Below are positions 12,340 through 22,976 of a stretch of 64,000 nucleotides of DNA, piece by piece. The translations under genes were made by a program, and so were the position numbers. Each line of letters begins with the position of its first letter. Position 1 is the stretch's first letter. The DNA comes from Raja brachyura. Lineage: Eukaryota. Under the pieces are notes generated by a model. The model saw only the letters and a program-made list of their open reading frames with translations. It was not told the DNA's origin and searched no databases. The DNA is taken from positions 18,104,001 through 18,168,000 of the forward strand of contig OY740811.1 in NCBI GenBank assembly GCA_963514005.1, written 5' to 3'.

Positions 12340-14819
12340 GTAAGGCCACAGTCCATTGTGCGCGAGAGCTTTAAAGGTTAAATCAAGAGGAGATCGCTGC
12401 GGTACTCATGATGGCGCTGTTAACCTGTTCACTGCCAAGATTCCTTTTCACTATTGCCCACGTTATGTTTTTTTCCAAGATTAAGGACGACTTGACTAAG
12501 CTAAAGCTAGTATAATCGGGGGTGGCAATGAGATGATAATACTCTGACCCAGGGATACACGGGGGTGACAATGAACTGGTTAAACAAACCGTTTGTGTTG
12601 TGTCGATTGAAGATTGAATTTCCGCACGCTGTCCCCATTGTGGTAACGATGTGCCGAGTTTCTGCCGTGTAACAATTCCTGCCGATTCCCGGCTGAGGAA
12701 GCAGGAATTGGTGCGGTCTCAGTGAAGCAGGGGCTCAATGTGAGGACACTGGCAAGGTCTTCACCAGGGCTTTACCAACCAACCACTTGTATCTCAGGCA
12801 GACTGCTCCAGTTCAGGAAGGGGTGAGGAGCAGTCAGGGACCGCAGTCGGGGATGTTTGATGAAGGGTCATGCTATATAGAACGGAGGAGATCGAAGTCC
12901 GCACTTGAGCTGTGCTTGGATTCTGAGAACAACTTTCGGAGCACTGTGGGAGCCTCACTGGCTCTGAAGAATGGCAGGAAGATTCCTGATGGCCACCAGT
13001 TCCTGGTCTCTGGTAAATGAGGGTAGCTGTGGTGAACGACAAGTGAGGCTGCTCCATTGTACTGTCGGAATTCCCATTTAATAATGGTCGCACGTCCTTG
13101 ACTATCACTCTGGCAAACCCCACCCCAACACTGAATAGTGAATATTGTCCTTTTCCTTCACAATGTACTTTTTCCAACCCAGCCTGGCTACGAATTACTG
13201 TTGACGGCATTGGGATAATGCTTATAAGTGAGTGTTTGTGAATATTATTTGAATTGATATATCTAACAGAGGACATTACAGGATGCTACAGACTCCGAAG
13301 GGGAATAGTGTTATCTGACTGCATCGATTTTTACAACTGATGGAGTAAAACATAAAATAAACCATCCGTTCATTGTAAACCAGTGAGTTCTGGTGAGGGG
13401 TGATCCCACACTACAGTTTTTGTTCACATTCCTTCTGCAATTCCAATGGAGATTGATCATTTGAAACTCAGACTTGAATTATTGGCCTCGCTGAAAACTT
13501 TGATCCATATTCAGTTCAAATTACCAAATTCCGAAGTCTAAAGGTTGGATTCCACCTGTGGTATATTCTGAGAATATCAAGACTGAGCATTTCACAAATA
13601 AATGGGAAGATCATCCCTGTTCCTGTGAAGCAAGCTCATTACTGTATGAAAACTGCGAGTTTAATAAATTATTAGCCTCTTTGGAGGGAGTTAGAACATC
13701 AAATGTGGGAAGTGCACCAACATTTTGAGGCGAGGCTTTTGTTATTTTTAGAAATGACCTCAAAACAATTCTCTTAAACAAAATAATTAATAGTTTATGT
13801 GGCCAATGCCTCGGTACATTGACCATACCTTCAGTGTCCACTGCCACTTTGGCCATGCTCGTGAGATGCTGAACTTTACATCTGTTCAAGTTGATAGACC
13901 TGCTTATGTACCAAGGCTGACATTAGTATCAGGAGGTTTCGTGTTCATATCTCACTGCTGTGATTTGAGCACAAAAATCTCAGCTTTGCTTGGTTGCAAT
14001 GCGACAGAGCAACACTGCCTTCCAATCAAGGCCCTAAACTGAGACCCGATCTAACTCTGTCAGTAAAGGATCCCAGTGCATTATCTCTGGTGTCCTGGTG
14101 ATTCCCTCAATTATTAGGATATAAAATAAAGCGCAGCATAGTGGTGTAACTAATGGAGCTGCTGCCTCACAGCGGCAAAGATCCAGATTTGATCCAGTCC
14201 TCGGGTGCTGTCTGTGTGGAGTTTGCAAGTTCTCCTTGTGACCGTGTGGGTTTCCTCCAGGTGCACCGGTTTCCTCCCACGTCCCAAAGTTGTGTGGGTT
14301 TGGAGATTATTTGGCCTCTGTAAATTGCCCCTAGAATGGAGTGAGTGGATGAAAAAGTGTGATAGCATTGAGTTTGTGTGAGTGGGTGATCGATGGACTG
14401 ATTCCATGCTGAATCCTTAATCTAAACTAAATCAGGTTAACTTGTCTAAATTGAGAGAACAAGGCACTGGGAATGGTTAGCAGATCAAGCAGCATATGGG
14501 GAGTAAGAAACAGAGTTAACTTTTCTTTTCCCTCCCCTGACCCACTGAAATAATTGCCAGACAACTGCAGCTCATTATTTTGCATTATCTGGGCATTGTA
14601 ATGTCACTGTTTCTGAGTTCCTCCTCTGTGCAAATTGGCAGCAGCAAATCGTTCATTTCAGCAATGACTGGACCCCTTGTTGGCCAGAAAGAGATCTGAT
14701 GCATCCTGAGAACGTGCGATAAAACTGGGCGGTGTATGGTCTGTTATCTTGAACCCTTTGTGAAACACTGGTCAAACTGTGCTGTTTACCTCTCACTGTT
14801 ATTCTGTCCCTTTCTGCAG

Positions 14820-14858
14820 CGGGAGGAATTCTTTGCTCGCATTAGACGTGGGCACAAG
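14820..14858 (+). CDS. HSPG2: Candidate cassette micro-exon (REEFFARIRRGHK)
   Basis: Strong acceptor ttctgtccctttctgcag, donor AAG|gtagag, 39 nt, open, phase 0/0 like the host intron. No transcript evidence. Confidence 0.5.
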
Positions 14859-15360
14859 GTAGAGTGATGCCGTCTCCGTGCTTTGATGGTTGTGTTTGCT
14901 TGAGTTTGTCCCTGCACTGATGACTTTAGCGTTAATAATGCCGTGTTTTTTGGAACATAACCGAGGTGGAATTGGATCTAAACATCCAGTGTCATGGGCC
15001 AGAGTACCTTTGTGAGCATGTGGTGTGTGTCTTTCTATTGTGCCCAAGTGCTGTGCAAAGATCTGGTGCTGCTAACGACCTGTTGGCTCTGATTAGGAGA
15101 GCGGACTGCATGCCAGTAATCTCCAGGTGGTTGTCAGACACACACAGGCACCTAGTGAAAGGAAAGGGCGATGAGCTAGAAATTTACATTTCCCCCAAGG
15201 AGAAAGCCCACATTTTCTCAAGCAGGGAAAGCAATGGTTGAAGGCATTGCACTACGATGAAAAGTTTATATTATGAGAACCAATTGACAATTTAATGAAT
15301 TACCTCCCCAATGATCTGTGGCCACCACCAGTTTACATTCTTACCACCTGCATGGCACTT

Positions 15361-15808
15361 GGGCGGCTTGGTGGCGCAGCGGTAGAGTTGCTGCCTTACA
15401 GCGTCAGAGAACCAGGTTCGATCCTGACTACGGGTGCTGTCTGCACGGAGTTTGTACATTCTCCCCGTGACCTGAAGAAGGGTGTCGACCCGAAACGTCG
15501 CCTATCTCCTTCGCTCCTTAGATGCTGCTGCACCCGCTGAGTTTCTCCAGCTTTTTGTGTAACCCTCGATTCTCCAGCATCTGCAGTTCCTTCTTTAACT
15601 CCCCGTGACCTTGTGGGTTTTCCCCGGGTGCTCTGGTTTCCTCCCACATTCCACACATGTACAGGTCAATTGACTTGGGTAAAAATTGTAAATTGTCCCG
15701 AGTGTGCAAGATAGAGATAGTGCATCGGAACCGCTAGTCAGCACGGACTCGGTGACCTGAAGGGCCTATTTCCACTATATCTATAAACTAAACGAAACTA
15801 AACTAAAA
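15361..15808 (+). mobile_element. tRNA-derived V-SINE (HE1-like) with nested Penelope-derived insertion
   Basis: tRNA-like head (TGGCGCAGCGG, GGTTCGATCC), V-core GGTTTCCTCCCACA, CR1-like tail with (AAACT)n. Nested insert at ~15474-15598. Confidence 0.85.
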
Positions 15809-16439
15809 CACCTTGGCTTTCTATTGTGATAGTGAAGTAAAACCCTTTCTTCCTGTTTTATTTTTTGATTGCCTTCTCTGCTATCCATTTTAATACTTTT
15901 AACAGCACCTATTTCCCAATTGCATTCGTTATTTAGTTGAAGCGTAAAACATCATCACTTGCTTTCCTTCCCCTTTACTCCGCGCTGCTATTGTCCACTG
16001 ATCACATTACCAGCTGGAGTAAATCTGGAGCTCAAAGGTCCTTCCTGACCAGTCGGAAGCTGGGATTTAAAATAGATCAGCACATGGACTAAACCCGAGC
16101 AGGCTGGAGTATCGCTTCTCAGCACATAAATATTGTCTGATTATCCAATGACATCTCCAAGTGAGAAGTTAGTGCAGCATACATTCCCAATATCTAAATT
16201 ATTTACACACTTTTCCCCAGCAACTCTTGTAGACTTTTCCTGGTGCTTGGGAACGGTACACTGGTGCCCCTCAACGAACACAGTTAATTTGATAGCTGAC
16301 ACCTGTATAAACTTTTAATGTTGCAAAGTGCACCAATTGTCCAGAAGAACATCAGCATTATATTTTGAGATGAGGTCACAAAATGAACTGTGACCAAAGG
16401 ATTAAGGCTCAAGGTAAAAGAGGAGAATGCGAAAAAGCA

Positions 16440-16870
16440 ACTTATAACCATATAACAATTACAGCATGGAAACAGGCCTTCTCGGCCCTTCCAGTCCGTG
16501 CCAACCATTTATTTTCCCCTAGTCCCATCTACCTGCACTCAGACCATACCCCTCCATTCCCTTCCCGTCCATATACCTATCCACTTTACTTTTAAATGTT
16601 AAAATCGATCCTGCCTCCACCACTTCTGCTGGAAGATCATTCCACACAGCCACCACTCTCTGAGTAAAGAAGTTCCCCCTCATGTTACCCCTAAACTTCT
16701 GTCCCTTAATTCTCATGTCATGCCCTCTTGCTTGAATCTTCCCTACCCTCAATGGGAAAAGCTTATCCACGTCAACTCTGTCTATCCCTTTCATCATTTT
16801 AAAGACCTCAATCAAATCCCCCCTTAACCTTCTGCGCTCCAAAGAATAAAGACCCAACTTGTTCAACCTT
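16440..16870 (-). mobile_element. CR1 LINE 3' fragment
   Basis: ERLNKLGLYSLERRRLRGDLIEVFK..FFTQRVVAVWNDLP. Confidence 0.9.
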
Positions 16871-17560
16871 TCGAGGAACTTCATGAGGAAACTTTCCATG
16901 AGCATGCTAATTATCAGACTTTCACTGATACTTGATCATCAGTCATTCATGAATATATTTGGAAAGATAGCGATAATTATGTTATTCCTCCTTAATACTA
17001 ATTGGAGGTCAGGTTCTCATAGACTCTGGAAATGTAATCTATCGAAATCATAGCCTGTTGTGTCTGTTGATGTGCAGCATGCTTTGAAAGACTATGTGTG
17101 ATGGATCATATTAAATTAAACCTGCTGTCTTGTTGAGCTACAGCTGGATCCCCTTTTGTAGTCTGGCTGACTATAAAACAATGGCCAGGTTGCATTTTCT
17201 GAGACTCAGCTTGCCAACGTTGCTGTTCTTGAATGCACATGTTTTTGGCGATGTTTTATTTGACTCACAAGCAACCGGCAGAGCAGAAAAGGACACAAAG
17301 TCCTGGAGTAACTCAGCGGGTCAGGCAGCATCACTGGAGAATATGGTCGGGACCCTTCTTTGGAGTCCGAAGAAGGGTCCTGACCCAAAATGTCACCTAT
17401 CCACGTTCTCCAGAGATGTTGCCTGGCCCACTGAGTTACTCCAGCACTTTATGTCCTTTTTTTAATAAACCAGCATCTGCACTTCCTTGTGTCTACTAGT
17501 TGCTGAGCGGAATGGTGGTTTTGTGGTTACTAAATAACATGCAGAATTACATTTTAATAG

Positions 17561-17662
17561 AAGGACCCATCTTTAACTGAGGAGCAACTGAGAAAGGATG
17601 CCGCCATCTGGGAACTCTTGAGCTCCTCTTCGTCGCATTCTAGGCTTAAAAGATCTTCAAAG
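17561..17662 (+). CDS. HSPG2: Candidate cassette exon (KDPSLTEEQLRKDAAIWELLSSSSSHSRLKRSSK)
   Basis: attttaatag acceptor, AAG|gtagca donor, 102 nt, open, phase 0/0. Shares a motif with the 20479 candidate; TGCATG at 17676. Confidence 0.55.
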
Positions 17663-18729
17663 GTAGCAGTAAAACTGCATGAGGAAGTCTGAAGCTTAAT
17701 TATTACTGACCGAACGTGGAGCAAGCAATATGCAAAGGAAATCTAACACCCTCCTTCATATCTGTCTAATCAGATTATTTTGTTATTTCCAAAACTGAGC
17801 TTTATTTGTTCTCCATTAGTTCTCTTGTCTTAAGTGTGGGAAACCAAGAAACAATATGTTCAGTTCACTGTATAAGATGGTGTGAGCTAACATTGCACAT
17901 AAGCTGTAAGTGGAGCATGTGAATTACTTGTTAACGAGGATCTGGTATTAATTTCTCAAGGACTTGATGAACCATGTATCCCACATACAAATCATAGGTT
18001 GTGGTCAAGCATTCTTCCACTCTAACACATGTTTTTATAAGGGCAAAACTGCTTTAACTTGGCATTTTTCTGGACATTATATTTTCCTTTAACACTATAG
18101 TTTACGAATAGGAATAAATTTGAGATTCTCGCACTCAATGGAAATGCTTCAACGGGTGACCATGAGAAAGGGTGTGATTCTGAAATTCGCAGTTGTGAAT
18201 AAATACAGTAAAACTCAAATAATAATGGTAAGGGCATCAAATAATAGTAAGGCTGGCAAATGGGGAAAAAAGGCAAGAGAATGGGTTGCGAGGGCCAAAT
18301 GACCAGCCACGATCAAATGGTGAAGCAGACTTGATGGGCCGAATGGCTTAATTCTGCTCCTTTGTCTGAAGATCTTATGACCTAATCGCTATCAGCTGTT
18401 TGACACTTTGATCAGAAACAGGGCCCCGACCCAAAAGGTTGTCTGTCCATTCCCTCCACAGATGCTGCCTGGCCCGCTGGGTTCCTCCAACACTTTGTTT
18501 CTATCTTGTGATTCCAGCATCTGCAGTTTCTGGTGTCCCAGTCTGACGCCCAACAGATTCGGCTTGGGCTCACCTGGTTCCCTTTACTCACCCACACCTC
18601 TATTTCAGAGCACCGTTTAAATTCATTGCGGACGCTGTTTCCACGCCTTTCTAAACTCACCAGGCCCTGTTCCAATATTCCTTTTACGCACACACTGGAA
18701 AATGTAACATGCTCCTCTGTAGCGTTCAT

Positions 18730-19692
18730 AAATTCACAAGTTGTAGGAGTAGAATTAGGCCATTTGGCCCCTCGAGTCTACTCCGCCATTCAATCATGGC
18801 TGATGTCTGCCACCTAATACCATTTTCCTGCCTTCTCCCCATAACCATTGACATCCGTGCTAATCAAGAATTTGTCTATCTCTGTCTTAAAACTATCCAC
18901 TGACTTGGATCATTGACCCTCTGTGGCAATGAGTTCCACAGATTAACTACCCTCTGACTAAAGAAGTTCCTCCTCACCTCCTTTCTAAAAGAGCATCCTT
19001 TAATTCTGAGGCTAAGACCTCTGGTCCTAGACTCTCCCACCAGTGGAAACATCCTTTCCACATCCACTCAATCTAGGCCTTTCATTATTCTGTAAGTTTC
19101 AATGAGGTCCCCCCTTAACCTTCTAAACTCCAGCGTGTAGAGGCCCAGTGCTGTCAAGTGCTCATCATGCTAACCCACTCATTCCTGGAACATTCTTGTA
19201 AACCTCCTCTGTATCCTCTCCAGAGCCAGCACATCCTTCCTCAGGTATGGGGCAATATATTCTCACAGTACTCCAAATGTGGCCTGACCAGAGCCTTATT
19301 GAGCCTCAACATTACATCTCTGTTTTTGTATTCCAGTCCTCTTGATATAAATGCTAGCATTGAATTTGCCTTCCTTACTACCAATGCAACTTCCAAATTA
19401 ACTTTTTGGGAGTCCTGCACCAGCACTCCCAAGTTTCTTTGCACCTTCGATTTATGGATTATCTCTCCATTTATATAATCTATGCCTTTATTCTTATTAC
19501 CAAAAAGCATGACTCTGCACTTTGCTATACTGAATTTCAACTGCCATTTCTCTGCCCACTCTCCTAACCTGTCCAAGTCTTTCTGCATTGTCCTTGCTTC
19601 CTCTACACTGCCTGCCCCCCCACCTATCTTAGCATCAACTGCAAACTTGGCCACAAAGCCTTCTATCCCCTTATCCAAATCATTAATATACA
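18730..19692 (-). mobile_element. CR1 LINE RT fragment (~1 kb)
   Basis: YINDLD..AKFA.D.KIGG..QKDLDRLGEWAEKWQ..ALVRPHLEYC and FFSQRVVNLWNSLP. Confidence 0.92.
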
Positions 19693-20029
19693 AATAAAAA
19701 TAAAAAGCAAATGAAGCACCCATCACATTCCATCATCTGTAGCCTCTTATGGGCTCCACTGAGCATTTCCCAGCCTCTGTCGCTACTTCCACCCCTCCCT
19801 CCCTCACCTGGGACTTCATCTGCCAGTGAACCTCTCCTCACCAAAATCCACCAGTCATTTGCCTTCTCCACCTCCATCACCTGGCTCCCTCCACTCCTTC
19901 AACCTAGATGCAGGGTCCTGACCTGAACCATCGACTGTCCATTTCCTCCACAGATGCTGCCTGACCCACCGAGTTCCTCCAGCAATTTAATGTTCAGCAT
20001 CTGCAGTCTCTTGTGTCTCCAAATGAACA

Positions 20030-20270
20030 ATGAATTGGTGTATCAATGGGAAGCCACAAAGACAGATGTGTACAGCAATTCGTTCTTTCCACGCACTATT
20101 AAAGCATGGAATAATCTCCACCAAGCCACGGTTGCCCAGCCAGATGCAACTAAATTTAAAGTGGCACTTTCTTCCCAATAACCCTCTCTGGCTAAACCCC
20201 TCCCTTCACCACCTCCAGTTTAAATTCCAGTTGGAATATTTTGGAGGACCAAGTAACCAAGAACCAAGGC
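20030..20270 (+). mobile_element. 3' end of a distinct non-LTR retrotransposon subfamily
   Basis: YSNSFFPRTIKAWNNL RT C-terminal motif, a stop codon, then a short ACCAAG-repeat tail. Confidence 0.55.
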
Positions 20271-20478
20271 AGCGGGTGCCGGATCATCAGTTTTACTGTT
20301 TTATTATTCACAAAACAGAGAAGCTTCTTTCTTCAAAAGAAAAATAAAATGTAAAGATTTGTGAAGAATCTGCATGGTTATTCTCTTATTGCCAGTGTTG
20401 TGATTTGCCGTGAGTGCCGTGGTAAACTGCAGGGATGATGACTTGTTATGGATGACTTGTCCCTTCACTTCCTTGTAG

Positions 20479-20778
20479 TCTGTGCCTGATATGGAAGAGC
20501 AGAAGCGTATTGACGATGAAGTATGGGCAATTATAACGGGTTTTGCTGCTGAGCGGTTGCACAAACCACACAGTCCTGTCGTGTCCAGCGGTAAAAATCA
20601 GTCCCGGTCATCGCGCCCCTTTTCTCGCCTGGCGTCAGCTGGACCTGCCGGGCCTCCTGCTCCCTCTGCCTCTCGCAAAAGTTCAGCTCATTCCGTATCC
20701 TCCCCCTCTTCAAGAACTGCCTCTTCCCATTCTTCTCTCTCCCCATCTCTGCTTTCTCAACCTGCCGACCACAAAAAG
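20479..20778 (+). CDS. HSPG2: Candidate cassette exon, Ser/Pro-rich 100 aa (SVPDMEEQKRIDDEVWAIITGF...SLLSQPADHKK)
   Basis: cccttcacttccttgtag acceptor, AAG|gtatgg donor, exactly 300 nt, open, phase 0/0, no recognisable repeat. Overlaps ORF 20482..20823. Confidence 0.65.
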
Positions 20779-21134
20779 GTATGGAACTTTTTGCATTATG
20801 AAAAGTGTAAATCACCCCTTTAAGTACAGTCCTTGCATTCTACACAAAGTGTGTCGGAAGGAACTGCATGCAGATGCTGGTTTAATAGACACAAAAAGCT
20901 GGAGTAACTCAGCGGAACAGGTCGCATCTCTGGAGAGAAGGAATGGGTGACTCTTCGGGTCGAGACCCTTCTTCAGATATTCGAGACCACTCTTTTGGTG
21001 GAGGGTGGAACAAAACTATGCATCACAATGCAAGCTAAGATAAAGAATGCCTTTGATGAGGATCAGTGGAGTAAATGGTTAAGGTTAGCCAAAGATAGTA
21101 ACAAGTCTAACATTGTAAAAATTGTATATTAAAT

Positions 21135-21572
21135 GGTCTGATTAGGTTAACATATGAGGAGCGTTTGATGGCTCTGGGCCTGTACTTGCTGGAGTTTAGA
21201 AAGATGAGGGGTGGATCCCATTGAAACCTACCGAATAATGAAAGGTCTAGTGGATGTGAAGAAGATGTTTCCAATAATGGGAGAGTCTAGCACCAGAGTG
21301 CTACTGCCTCAGAATAAGAAGACTTGCCTTTCAAATGGGAACGAGGAGGAATTTACTTAGCCAGAGGGTGGTGAATCTGTGAAACTCATTGCCACAGTCA
21401 TTTGGTTTTCTAAAGCAAAGATTGGTAGGTTCTTGATTAATAAGGGCGTCAAAGGTTATGGGGGAAAAGGCAGGAGACTGGAGTTGAGGGGGAAAAATAG
21501 GCCAGCCTCGATCAAATGGCAGAGCAGACTCGATGGAATGAATGCCTAATTCTGCTCCTATGTCTTATGGTC
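21135..21572 (+). mobile_element. CR1 LINE 3' fragment
   Basis: GAGGAGCGTTTGATGGCTCTGGGCCTGTAC..CAGAGGGTGGTGAATCTGTG..AATTCTGCTCCTATGTCTTATGG. Confidence 0.85.
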
Positions 21573-22226
21573 TGATGGCAAACGGGCCACAGGTGCCTTC
21601 AAGAGATTGGTGCATCATGTCAGAGTCGAGACCTGGGGAGAAGCATCAGGTGAACACAGAAATGAATTTGCGATCAGTCCCTGTGGAGAGAAGTGAGGAG
21701 GTGTTTGGCGTACGACTCATTGGGGGCAGTTGCAGAGAAGCCCAGTGTAGTACTGAGACAGTCCCCCACAAAGTGTAGTGTTTAGGTGCCGTGAGTAGAA
21801 AAAATATTAAATTGCTCCTCAACTCTTTGCGCAACATTAAGTGCAGATAGGAACTCCTCAGCTGATGGTAGGCTTGAGTTGCTTTCTTTGGAGCATTGAA
21901 GACTGATTGAGGAATTCGGAGTTATGAGGGACATTGTTGGAGTGGAGAGTAGAGGTGTCCTTGAACATTGGACATTGAGGAAGAATGTTTTCCCCCAGAC
22001 AGTGTTTGGAAGCTGCAACTGTCAGTTTTAGTTTAGTTTATTGAGTATGTGGAGGAGGCGGGTACTCTGACAAAGTTTAAGCAGTGTTGAGATGACCGCA
22101 TGAAACTCCATACCAAGTGCTCATCACCCTCTGAGTTACACCAGCACTTTGTGTCCCTCTTTGTAAAACAGTATCTGCAGTTCCTTGTTTCTACTCTCTT
22201 TTCTAAGTTGTTGATTTTCCATGCAG

Positions 22227-22316
22227 ATGAAACACTTCTCTAAGATCCCCTCACTACAAGCCGAGGAATCAGCAAATCTTATTGCTTCCTCCGTGTGGGG
22301 CCCAAGACCGGAGAAG
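22227..22316 (+). CDS. HSPG2: Candidate cassette exon (MKHFSKIPSLQAEESANLIASSVWGPRPEK)
   Basis: ttgattttccatgcag acceptor, AAG|gtagcc donor, 90 nt, open, phase 0/0. TGCATG at 22332 and 22360. Confidence 0.55.
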
Positions 22317-22679
22317 GTAGCCACGGTTAGCTGCATGGAAAGTCTCAATCTATGTGACCTGCATGTCTATGGTGTTATGGTCTTCAGAAGGCTGGCTGAT
22401 AGAATATGTTAGAAGTACTCAGCAGGTCAGGCATCGTCCGTGGAGAGAGAAAGAGCCTTAATATTTTAGCGTGACTACGGTTCATTGAGCTGAAATGTTA
22501 GTGTTATTTCCATCGCCGTAAACCTGCTGAATATTTATCCAGATTGTGTTTCCCAGTTCAGTGTTTTGCTTTTTACCAGCCGGCTGCCTATTGAATTACA
22601 AACTGCAAACCTGCGAGCGGTATTATTCCTGTTTAGCAGAAGCCACTGCTTCGAATGCTTACAAAACCCGCCACATGCA

Positions 22680-22976
22680 TGTGGTAGGTGCAGTGATAGA
22701 GCTGCTGCCTCACAGCGCCAGAGACCTGGGTTCGATCCTGACCTCGGGTGCTGTCCGTTTGGAATTTGCACGTTCTCCCTGTGACCATGTGGGTTTTATC
22801 CGGGTGCTCCCACATCTAAAAGACGTGCGGGTTTGCAGTTTAATTGGCCTCTATAAATTACCCTTGGTGTGAAAAAGTGGGATAATATAAAGCTAATATG
22901 AATGGGCGATGATGGTCAGTGTGGACTGAAGGGCCTCATTCCACGCTGTATCCATTAATCAATCAATCAATCAATT
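22680..22976 (+). mobile_element. V-SINE with (TCAA)n tail
   Basis: B box GGTTCGATCC and V-core. Similar + strand copies at ~14131-14430, 32140-32425, 39140-39425, 40775-41047 and 42878-43086. Confidence 0.8.

Noticed and set aside
15361-15435. tRNA-like sequences (also at 32830, 55651 and others)
   Set aside because: They are SINE heads continuing into a V-core and CR1-like tail, not standalone tRNA genes.
17181-17285. Signal-peptide-like ORF MARLHFLRLSLPTLLFLNAHVFG preceded by TATAAAA
   Set aside because: There is no usable GT donor before the frame runs into a Penelope-derived repeat, and the TATA lies only a few nt from the ATG. Likely chance.
18101-18202. Open phase-0 frame after a good acceptor (FTNRNKFEILALNG...)
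   Set aside because: No phase-0 donor occurs before the stop, so it does not fit the cassette pattern.
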